IMG/VR virus record: IMGVR_UViG_3300007722_000103
Location: 1 to 25,325 of that record
Length of the DNA: 25,325 nt
Strand: one strand, 5' to 3'
Source: a virus
Taxonomy: Duplodnaviria > Caudoviricetes
In this document: in pieces, positions 17,396 to 25,204 of the stretch
How positions within the stretch are numbered: the stretch's first letter is position 1
Layout: each line of letters starts with the position of its first letter
The notes under the pieces: generated by a model
Database searches by the model: none
The model's input: only the letters and a program-made list of their open reading frames with translations
What the model was told of the DNA's origin: nothing
Made by a program: the position numbers and the translations under genes

Positions 17396-18307
17396 ATGAA
17401 AATTACATATGATGAATGGATAATCAAATTAAACATAGCACTGAAGCTTGCCGGGCAGACGGCACGAGTAGTAGAGTTTGGACAACAAACATTGACCTTA
17501 TCAAACAACACAATACTATTGGATAACCAGTTTATTCGATTTAAAAAAAGAATACTAAATTCTAAAACAAGTTTGTGGGTTAACAATATAGATAACTTAT
17601 TAGCAGGGACTGTAACTGAGCAAGAAATTAAATCACAGCTTAGCCGACTCGGCGGACTTGCAGTTCAACAGCAATATCCAGGATTAACAAGAGCAAATTT
17701 AAATACAGGTGTTTCGTGGAACGCCGGTACAAAGGGTCAAAAAATAGGAACCATGCCCCCTTGCACACAAGAGGTCAAAGATAAAATTAGTTTAAAAAAC
17801 AGTGGGTCTGGCAATGGCATGTACGGAATCAGGATGTCAGCAGCCGGCAAAGAATATCGTTCACAGTTAATAAAAGACCGAATACTAGCAGGAACATTTA
17901 CACCTAACTCAAACAACCGAAATTCTCATTGGGAATCAATCCTTGATAATAAAAAATTTAGATCTAGTTGGGAGGCATTGTATCAATATTTCAGTCCTAC
18001 TGCCGAGTATGAAAAACTAAGAATCAGGTATAATTACCAAAATTCAGAATACATTTATATTGTGGATTTTGTTGATCATATTCAAAAATATGTTGTTGAA
18101 GTAAAACCAATTGAACTATGTACTGGTAATAAGTTCAATGCCAAAATGGTTGCATTAGAAAAGTGGGCACTGCAAAATGGATACAGAGTTATCTTAGTAA
18201 CAAAAGAATGGTTTCTTGATCGTACAGAACAAATTGATTATAATAGATTTGATATAAACACAGCAACAAAAATCAAAGGTATATATGCGACTAGTAAAAA
18301 GAACTGA
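17396..18307 (+). CDS. free-standing putative homing endonuclease (NUMOD3-like motifs plus TnsA-like PD-(D/E)XK domain)
   Basis: SWNAG.KG, TQEVKDKIS..NSG.GNGMYG; FRSSWE, YIVDF, VVEVKP, WA..NGY...LVT; GAGG site; lies between the intein halves. Confidence 0.8.
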   Translation: MKITYDEWIIKLNIALKLAGQTARVVEFGQQTLTLSNNTILLDNQFIRFKKRILNSKTSLWVNNIDNLLAGTVTEQEIKSQLSRLGGLAVQQQYPGLTRANLNTGVSWNAGTKGQKIGTMPPCTQEVKDKISLKNSGSGNGMYGIRMSAAGKEYRSQLIKDRILAGTFTPNSNNRNSHWESILDNKKFRSSWEALYQYFSPTAEYEKLRIRYNYQNSEYIYIVDFVDHIQKYVVEVKPIELCTGNKFNAKMVALEKWALQNGYRVILVTKEWFLDRTEQIDYNRFDINTATKIKGIYATSKKN

Positions 18308-18389
18308 AATCAGCAAACCCGCTAAAGTATATAATTTACATATAGAAAATAACCACAACTATGTGGTTGATGGAGCAGTAGTGGCCAAT
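18285..18389 (+). mobile_element. split intein C fragment (35 aa)
   Basis: MRLVKR..., block F VYNLHIENNHNY, block G VVAN followed by +1 Cys at 18390-18392. Confidence 0.92.
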
Positions 18390-19127
18390 TGTCACATGGC
18401 CAAAGCTGATGCACTCAAAACACTGTTAACCGGCATCATGGCAAGAGTGCCAATTCGTTGGGGGTTGACCGGAACTGTGCCCAAAGAGCCATTTGAGTTT
18501 CAAGCATTGAAATGCAGTTTGGGCCCTGTTATCAATCAACTAAGTGCAAGCGAATTGCAAGATCGCGGAGTGTTGGCACAATGTCATGTGAATATTGTAC
18601 AGTTGGTTGATCATGCTGAGTTTTCAAATTATCAAAGCGAGTTGAAGTTTTTGTTAGAAGAACCAGACCGATTGACTGCTATTGCCAACTTGGTAAAGCA
18701 TGTCAATGACACTGGCAACACATTGGTATTGGTAGACCGTGTAGCAGCGGGTCACGCCTTGGTCGAACGCCTGGGCGACCGAGCGGTATTTGTATCAGGC
18801 GCAACCAAAGCAGGAGCAAGACAAGATGAATATGATGAAATTGCAACAAGTACTGGGAAGATTATTGTGGCGACTTATGGTGTGGCCGCTGTGGGTATTA
18901 ATATTCCTAGGATTTTTAATCTGGTTCTTCTGGAACCCGGCAAGAGCTTTGTGCGCGTTATCCAATCTATTGGACGTGGTATTAGGAAAGCAGAAGACAA
19001 AGACCACGTACAAATCTGGGATGTGACTAGCACTTGTAAGTTTGCCAAACGACACTTGACCAAGAGAAAAGTATTTTACAGGGAGGCTAAATATAACTTC
19101 ACCCAGGAGAAATTGGAATGGAAGTAA
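18285..19127 (+). CDS. uvsW: split-intein C fragment fused to the UvsW-like helicase C-terminal half
   Basis: IntC then CHMAK, GLTGT (motif III), TLVLVDR, IVATYG..AVGINIP, QSIGRGIR (motif VI); AAAGGT ribosome binding site. Confidence 0.92.
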   Translation: MRLVKRTEISKPAKVYNLHIENNHNYVVDGAVVANCHMAKADALKTLLTGIMARVPIRWGLTGTVPKEPFEFQALKCSLGPVINQLSASELQDRGVLAQCHVNIVQLVDHAEFSNYQSELKFLLEEPDRLTAIANLVKHVNDTGNTLVLVDRVAAGHALVERLGDRAVFVSGATKAGARQDEYDEIATSTGKIIVATYGVAAVGINIPRIFNLVLLEPGKSFVRVIQSIGRGIRKAEDKDHVQIWDVTSTCKFAKRHLTKRKVFYREAKYNFTQEKLEWK

Positions 19128-19789
19128 CCAAGCCCAGGCTATTGATAGTAGGCGACAGTTATTTTCATAAAGATCCCAAGTTTCCGGATCAGCATTGGTC
19201 TGAAATGCTGCCGGATTATGAAATAGATAATCGTGCATTTCCTGGAAATTCAACTGGCATGATACTACATGAACTGATCAGCGGTTTAACACTCGGCCCT
19301 GCGGCCGTGGTCATTGGCTTCACTGGCACTGATAGAATTGAGTTCAAAAACACCAGCCCCTACATCAATAGGGAGTGGATAACAAGTGCATTATCTCATG
19401 TACTGGACAAGGATCAGAAATTGCTAATAACACTTTACCAGTCATTAACTGACCCAGCATGGAATATTGCCGGCACATGTTGGCAAATTGTTGGTGCATT
19501 GCATACTCTAAAGAGTTTGAATATTCCATTTGTATACTCATTGAGCATATTTGAATGTATGCTCAAGGATCACGACAATATCGAACAGTCCCGTATGTCA
19601 CGCATTGTTGATCAATTTTCTCAATTTGACAAACATAAAATTGATTTTAATTTAGCAAAATATCCTCTTGAGCTGCAAACAAGCTCGCCACTGTTCCATG
19701 TGCCTGACCCTAGCTGGCAACAAAAATTTGCTGCTGAAGTAACAACAAAATTAAAAACAATTGACACACCGTTGGTTGACCTGCTATAA
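19118..19789 (+). CDS. SGNH/GDSL-like hypothetical protein
   Basis: LLIVGDSY near the N-terminus, N.AFPG.S, and a His near the C-terminus (LFHVP). Confidence 0.55.
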   Translation: MEVTKPRLLIVGDSYFHKDPKFPDQHWSEMLPDYEIDNRAFPGNSTGMILHELISGLTLGPAAVVIGFTGTDRIEFKNTSPYINREWITSALSHVLDKDQKLLITLYQSLTDPAWNIAGTCWQIVGALHTLKSLNIPFVYSLSIFECMLKDHDNIEQSRMSRIVDQFSQFDKHKIDFNLAKYPLELQTSSPLFHVPDPSWQQKFAAEVTTKLKTIDTPLVDLL

Positions 19790-19790
19790 T
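19761..19790 (+). promoter_or_regulatory. sigma70-type promoter
   Basis: TTGACA, 18 nt, TG-n-TATAAT ending 6 nt before ATG 19797. Confidence 0.7.
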
Positions 19791-19796
19791 AACAAC

Positions 19797-20300
19797 ATGC
19801 GTATATTAACATTAGATAAAAACGAACCATTTGACCTTGACCATCTTCCAGAAGAAGTAGATGATATGAGATTTGCTATCTTCGACAATAGCGATCCCAA
19901 AGATCCTGACTATCATTATATTCCTTTGATCTTTCTTGAAAGTTTTAATGCGCCTGCATTGGTATTAAAAATTGGCGAACACAAACTACGTATGCCAATG
20001 GACTGGCAAATTCTTATCGGCGAACCAGAAATAGGTGATCTCGAAGTGTTGCCGTTGACCAGTATCAACGATCGCGGATTCAAAGTATTTCAGTTTAACC
20101 CATTGAGCAGTTTCCGTCCCAGCTTCCCGGACATTGAAATTGTAGATGTGTATCACGAAGTTGCTTGGTATGCTCCCAAGTTAAAGAACGGACAAATGCT
20201 GTGTGTTCCTATCTCCGACGGCCCAAAGCCGGATTGTGTATACTTTGTAAAAGATATAAGTCGTAACTGTGAAATTGTCGACTATTCACGTGCTTGGTAA
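19797..20300 (+). CDS. hypothetical protein (167 aa)
   Basis: Start moved to MRILTL because the track's TTG is the -35 box; TAATG coupling to the next gene. Confidence 0.75.
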   Translation: MRILTLDKNEPFDLDHLPEEVDDMRFAIFDNSDPKDPDYHYIPLIFLESFNAPALVLKIGEHKLRMPMDWQILIGEPEIGDLEVLPLTSINDRGFKVFQFNPLSSFRPSFPDIEIVDVYHEVAWYAPKLKNGQMLCVPISDGPKPDCVYFVKDISRNCEIVDYSRAW

Positions 20301-20749
20301 TGAGCGACAAGTTGAACATTATCAACGAGATGCGACAGCTTGATCGCAAGAACCGCGGCTTCTATCAAGAGCTGACCGAAGAAGAACGCAAGAAATTCTC
20401 AACATTTCTAATGGTGCGATGGGCCAGTTCTGTAGAAGGATCACCGGAACTACAACAGTTTTATCTTATTGCCACAAATGAAAGGCTCAACAAGCATTTC
20501 TTTACACTCAGCAAGCATCCAGAATTGCAATGGCTGTGTGCTACCACTGTGAGTCCGGACATGGGCACTCCTAGGCATACTTGGATTGCTCCAAAGAAAA
20601 AAGAACCTGGTGCCAGCAGTATACGCAAGCAGTTGTCAGAACTGTATCCGCATATGAAGGATGATGACATTGCTGTGTTGGCGTCAATGACAACCAAAAA
20701 AGAAATTGACGAACACCACAAGTTAATGGGCCAAGAAAAGAAAAAATGA
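20300..20749 (+). CDS. possible clamp-loader small subunit (T4 gp62-like)
   Basis: FSTFLMVRWAS, HPELQW, RHTWI.PKKK pattern, size and replication context resemble gp62; weak match. Confidence 0.5.
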   Translation: MSDKLNIINEMRQLDRKNRGFYQELTEEERKKFSTFLMVRWASSVEGSPELQQFYLIATNERLNKHFFTLSKHPELQWLCATTVSPDMGTPRHTWIAPKKKEPGASSIRKQLSELYPHMKDDDIAVLASMTTKKEIDEHHKLMGQEKKK

Positions 20750-21420
20750 AGTACACTTGCCAGTTTTGTAAAAAAGATTTTGTTAGAGAAACAAGTCTCA
20801 CTGTGCACAGTTGCGAGCCACGTAGACGCAGACATGAACGTTCGGAACGTGGGGTAGAACTGGGGTTTCAAGCATACATCAAATTTTATGAAATGACGCA
20901 GGGCAGTGCCAAATTAAAAACCTATGATGATTTTTGTGAAAGTCCTTATTACAAGGCTTTTGTCAAGTTTGGACGTTACTGTGTGAGCATACGTGCTATA
21001 AATCCTGCAAGGTTTATGGAATGGGTACTGAAACAAAACAAAAAAATTGACAACTGGTGCAGCGATACAGTCTATACAGAGTACCTGGCATTTTATTTGC
21101 GTGTAGAAAATGTAGATGATGCATTGACAAGAGCAATAGAGTTTGGTATTGATTGGAGTGAAAAGACAGGCAATCCACAACATGATTGTTTACGCTATGG
21201 TGGTACCAACGCAATGGTTTATGCTGTCACAGCAGGACGTATCAGTCCGTGGATAATATTCAACAGTGAGTCTGGTCAACATTTTTTAAGCGAGTTAAAC
21301 AAGGAACAGATTGCATTGGTGTATCCTTATATAGATGTTGATCATTGGCAAAAACGATTCCAGGACTATCCTGCTGATCAAGAATATGCCAAGGATATTT
21401 TGAAACAGGCAGGTTGGTAA
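20746..21420 (+). CDS. hypothetical protein with N-terminal zinc finger
   Basis: YTCQFCKKDF......VHSC (CxxC...HxC); coupled to both neighbours. Confidence 0.7.
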   Translation: MKYTCQFCKKDFVRETSLTVHSCEPRRRRHERSERGVELGFQAYIKFYEMTQGSAKLKTYDDFCESPYYKAFVKFGRYCVSIRAINPARFMEWVLKQNKKIDNWCSDTVYTEYLAFYLRVENVDDALTRAIEFGIDWSEKTGNPQHDCLRYGGTNAMVYAVTAGRISPWIIFNSESGQHFLSELNKEQIALVYPYIDVDHWQKRFQDYPADQEYAKDILKQAGW

Positions 21421-21998
21421 TGAGCGCAGATATCGACATTGACTTTGCTGATCGCAATCAGTTGCTTGAATTGATTCAGCACACACCAGCACGTCAATCA
21501 CATCAAGGGCAAGTGCGTCGACACAATTCTGGAATCTATGTAACAGATATTCCGCACGATCCAGTTAACCAATGTGCTGCCATTGACTACAAAGCCGCAG
21601 AAGAATTGGGATACTTTAAAATTGACTTGTTGAACATGAGCGTGTATCAGTTGATTACCGGTCCTGAGCACTATACCACATCACTGGCACAAGAACCTGA
21701 TTGGGCCAAACTATGGACTGATACAGAGTGGGCTCAACAGTTGGTACATGTTGGCAACTATACAGACTTGTTAAAAGAGATGCGGCCAGATAGTATTCCG
21801 CGAATGGCAGCATTTATCAGTATCATTCGTCCAGGCAAAGCACACTTGCAAAGACAGCCGTGGGATGTGGTGTTTGAAACAGTATGGGATGGTGACGAAT
21901 CTCAGGGGTACACATTCAAAAAGTCACACAGCCTAAGTTATGCAATGCTGGTAGCATTACATATGAACTTGCTTACTCCATCCGACGAACAAGTGTAA
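21420..21998 (+). CDS. miniature DnaE-like (family C polymerase core) protein, 192 aa
   Basis: DIDIDF, HNSGIYV, GYFKIDLL, IIRPG, GYTFKKSHSLSYA in DnaE order. Confidence 0.85.
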   Translation: MSADIDIDFADRNQLLELIQHTPARQSHQGQVRRHNSGIYVTDIPHDPVNQCAAIDYKAAEELGYFKIDLLNMSVYQLITGPEHYTTSLAQEPDWAKLWTDTEWAQQLVHVGNYTDLLKEMRPDSIPRMAAFISIIRPGKAHLQRQPWDVVFETVWDGDESQGYTFKKSHSLSYAMLVALHMNLLTPSDEQV

Positions 21999-22350
21999 TA
22001 GATTTTCGTTTGCTTTTCTTAAGAATAATATCAGCAAGGCTACACACAGGCCCGTGCAATATTTCTAAATCTTTGTTGATAAATGTGCGCAAGCAAGGCT
22101 TGAATATTGCCCAGTCTTTTTTTAGAAAAATATTTATGGGAATACTGCGATTGCTTTCCCACCACCATACATTGGCCAACTCCAAAAATTGTTGTTTCAT
22201 TGATGGATCGTGAATACTTCCAAAGTCGTATATGGTGGTAACAAGAGTATCTTGATTTTGAACTATGCCCACGTATTCCGTTGATGCATACACACACAAC
22301 GTGATAAAAGGATATTGTTCGCTTAGTTTACTAAAGATATCATTGCCCAT
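21973..22350 (-). CDS. hypothetical protein (125 aa)
   Basis: Fills the gap on the - strand; preceded by an exact TATAAATA box. Confidence 0.75.
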   Translation of the reverse strand: MGNDIFSKLSEQYPFITLCVYASTEYVGIVQNQDTLVTTIYDFGSIHDPSMKQQFLELANVWWWESNRSIPINIFLKKDWAIFKPCLRTFINKDLEILHGPVCSLADIILKKSKRKSITLVRRME

Positions 22351-22355
22351 CTGGA

Positions 22356-22420
22356 TATTTATACCTTACAGTATTGGACAGTATTAAAGCGCCTGTCCGG
22401 GTTGTCAAGCTCGCTAAATA
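22356..22420. promoter_or_regulatory. divergent late-type promoters
   Basis: TATAAATA on - (22356-22363) 5 nt before ATG 22350; TAAATA on + (22415-22420) 6 nt before ATG 22427. Confidence 0.7.
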
Positions 22421-22426
22421 CTTCAT

Positions 22427-23539
22427 ATGTATTCAACCACTGCCTATCTTTACCAGCAAGTAATTAGAGTTTTAACTCCTGACACCAGTGGTGCTTATTT
22501 CAATCTGAGGTACGATCCTGTGTATGCTAAAAAACTAACAATCAACAAAGGTGTTGACAACGTGGTGTTGTTTGAGTTTATCAATCAAGACGAAAAACCT
22601 GTGAATATCACGGGCAGCACACTGACATTTAGAATGGTCAGCCAAAATGGCAATGCATTGCTAGCACAAAAAGAAATGACAATTATCAATGCTGCATATG
22701 GCCGCGCCAAAGTAACATTAACACCGGCCGATCTTGATGCCATCGAAGCACAACCAGCAGGCTATAGTATTATGCGAGCCAGCGGCAACTTGATAGAAGC
22801 AGTGTTTACTGATGCCCAAGCAGGCGCCCGTGCCCCGGCTGATATTGTAGACAGCATTTATCCAGCGTTTGTTCCCAGTACTGAACTGACAATACCAACT
22901 GTGAACTTGTCAGCTCAAACCAGTTATGGTGACAGCAGTGGATCACAATATCCAGATTGGGCACGCCAAACTGGTCAGGCCATTGGGTCAACTACTCCTT
23001 ACCAATCAACCGAATACTTCAGTAGCCAAATTGAGCCACGCGGCCCTGTTACTAGCATACAACTGGATTTGATTGGATACACAGGCACAATCAAAGCACA
23101 AGCAGCAGAAACATACCAGAGTATTTGGTACAATGTAACACCATCTACACAATACTTGAACACAACCAAAACTATCCATATGACAGTGGTTGGGTGGCAT
23201 CCGCTGCTTCGTTTGTGTTTCAACAACAGTGTGACCACTACTGGCACAAATGGAACAAATTTTGGAATAGCTGCCACAGCTAATGCTGTAGTAACTGACG
23301 GTGTTGTTACCAGTGTATCCGTCACCAGCGCCGGTTCTGGGTACCAAGCACCTCCGTTGATTACCTTTGTTGGTGATGGTGCAGGCGCAACAGCAACCTC
23401 AACAATTGGTAGTTCTGGTGAAGTAACAGGACTTACACTGACATCGGGTGGTTCTGGATATCGCCCAAATCCATACAATATGCTGTCAGTTGGTGTGATA
23501 ATATCCACTGGGCATGTGGAATATATAAAATATCGTTAA
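22427..23539 (+). CDS. putative virion structural protein
   Basis: Late box upstream; T/S/G-rich beta-type composition with repeated V.....T..GSGY units; N-terminal KPVNITGSTLTF resembles baseplate upper-protein N-domains. Confidence 0.6.
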   Translation: MYSTTAYLYQQVIRVLTPDTSGAYFNLRYDPVYAKKLTINKGVDNVVLFEFINQDEKPVNITGSTLTFRMVSQNGNALLAQKEMTIINAAYGRAKVTLTPADLDAIEAQPAGYSIMRASGNLIEAVFTDAQAGARAPADIVDSIYPAFVPSTELTIPTVNLSAQTSYGDSSGSQYPDWARQTGQAIGSTTPYQSTEYFSSQIEPRGPVTSIQLDLIGYTGTIKAQAAETYQSIWYNVTPSTQYLNTTKTIHMTVVGWHPLLRLCFNNSVTTTGTNGTNFGIAATANAVVTDGVVTSVSVTSAGSGYQAPPLITFVGDGAGATATSTIGSSGEVTGLTLTSGGSGYRPNPYNMLSVGVIISTGHVEYIKYR

Positions 23540-23571
23540 TTTGTTTTAACTGTTATTTGATAAATAGGTGT

Positions 23572-24255
23572 ATGAAATACATCTATATTATTACATCACC
23601 ATCCGGCAAACAATACGTTGGCAAAAGCACTATTGACCCAACTCAAAAGTCTATACTTTATCAATCAGCCGCAAAATATTTTCTAAACATAAAGCGGCCT
23701 GTCCTTGAAGCCATTCGAAAATATGGGTGGGTTAACATGAAATTTAAGATTATAGAACAAAATATTAACTGGTCTTCGGATGAGTTAAACGAAAGAGAAA
23801 AATACTGGATACACAAATATAAAACGTTACAAACTGGTTATAATGTAACTGCAGGCGGCGATGGCCATGATTCAGACTCTGCAAAACTATTTTGGCAAAA
23901 TGTATCAACTGAGTGGAAAGAAAAACGGGCATTAAATTGCAGTATTGGTCAAAAACGAAGATATAATAATTCTAAAGACTCTACTGAAACAAAAAAACGC
24001 AAAAGCGATTCACATAAAGGAACTTATAAAATAACGTCACCGGATGGCAAAGAATGGACAACTAATTTAGGGCTCAAAGAATTTGCCGAATTACATAAAA
24101 ATGAAATAAAAATAACGTATTGGGGCTTGTTCTCGGCGTATAGAAAATGTTATAATAATGCACAACCGTTAGTTAAAAGAAAAAATGAAAATTTGTGGAA
24201 AGTAATACGCATTGATCGACATCCTCTCATATTGGAAAACAGGAAGAAAAACTAA
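23572..24255 (+). CDS. GIY-YIG homing endonuclease
   Basis: YIY...YVG, AIRKYG, EREKYWI, GYN.TAGG, NUMOD3-like STETKKRKSDSHKG; TAAATA 5 nt before ATG 23572. Confidence 0.88.
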   Translation: MKYIYIITSPSGKQYVGKSTIDPTQKSILYQSAAKYFLNIKRPVLEAIRKYGWVNMKFKIIEQNINWSSDELNEREKYWIHKYKTLQTGYNVTAGGDGHDSDSAKLFWQNVSTEWKEKRALNCSIGQKRRYNNSKDSTETKKRKSDSHKGTYKITSPDGKEWTTNLGLKEFAELHKNEIKITYWGLFSAYRKCYNNAQPLVKRKNENLWKVIRIDRHPLILENRKKN

Positions 24256-25204
24256 ACTAAGCCCATCGGGCTGGATCTCCGGCAATGCACCTTGTTGCGC
24301 TCACAACGGCAACACTCCTGATCGCCGAGGCAGAGGTGGTATTAAATTGTCTGACCAGGGCTGGAGTTATTCGTGTTTCAACTGCGGATACACTGCAAGT
24401 TTTATTCTTGGCCGCAACATTGGATTCAAAGCACGTCAACTACTTGAATGGATAGGCGTTTCGGAAAACGATATCAATCAAATAAATCTCGAAAGCATGC
24501 GCCATCGCAGTATGGAAGGTATGTTGGAAGATCGGCAACGCGAGTGGAACAATACAAAACCGATTGAATTCAAAGAAGCAGAACTTCCAAAGTTTTCAGA
24601 TTTTGTAACACCGGATAGTCCTGCGGAATGGGCATACTTGCGAAACAGATGCGTTCCTGAAGACTATCCGTTGATGGTGGCAGCCACCAGTAGAAGCGGC
24701 GTTGTTATTCCGTTTACATACAACAATCAAGTAGTGGGCAGTACAATACGATTCTTGGATGACCGAAATCCACGTTACATCAACGACATGCAACAGGGGT
24801 ACGTGTTTGGCATGGATCTACAACAGGCTGACTGGCAACATGTGATCGTGACAGAAGGCATATTTGATGCGCTGTGTATCAGTGGATTGGCTGTTATGCA
24901 CAATCAAATAAGTGACGAGCAAGCAAGATTGATACGCAGCTTAGGTCGTGACGTTACTGTGGTGCCAGATCAAGATCAAGCTGGGCTTGCACTGATAGAC
25001 CGTGCGGTAGAGTTGGGGTGGGCGGTGAGTATACCTGAGTGGCCAAGCACAGTGAAAGACATCAACGACGCTGTGAAACTGTGGGGAAAGTTGCCAACGT
25101 TGCTAACTATTATGCAATCAAGAGAAACAAGCAAGATAAAAATTGAGTTGAAGAAACGTCAACTCGAAAAGAAAATTAACAGACCGAGAGAAATAGATGC
25201 TTAA
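24212..25204 (+). CDS. DNA primase (zinc-binding plus TOPRIM)
   Basis: CC....D.RGRGG...YSCFNCG, IVTEGIFDA, VVPDQDQAG, KDINDA; TTG start is uncertain. Confidence 0.88.
   Translation: MIDILSYWKTGRKTKLSPSGWISGNAPCCAHNGNTPDRRGRGGIKLSDQGWSYSCFNCGYTASFILGRNIGFKARQLLEWIGVSENDINQINLESMRHRSMEGMLEDRQREWNNTKPIEFKEAELPKFSDFVTPDSPAEWAYLRNRCVPEDYPLMVAATSRSGVVIPFTYNNQVVGSTIRFLDDRNPRYINDMQQGYVFGMDLQQADWQHVIVTEGIFDALCISGLAVMHNQISDEQARLIRSLGRDVTVVPDQDQAGLALIDRAVELGWAVSIPEWPSTVKDINDAVKLWGKLPTLLTIMQSRETSKIKIELKKRQLEKKINRPREIDA

Noticed and set aside
17369-18284. Group I intron or frameshifted contiguous intein as the explanation for the helicase break
   Set aside because: IntN ends and IntC begins at the usual split position, IntC has its own ribosome binding site and ATG, and the insert is almost all coding, leaving no room for a ribozyme core.
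22999-23508. 169-aa and other antisense ORFs (e.g. 11724..12209, 18795..19253, 833..1222)
   Set aside because: Shadows of well-supported genes, with no motifs or initiation signals.
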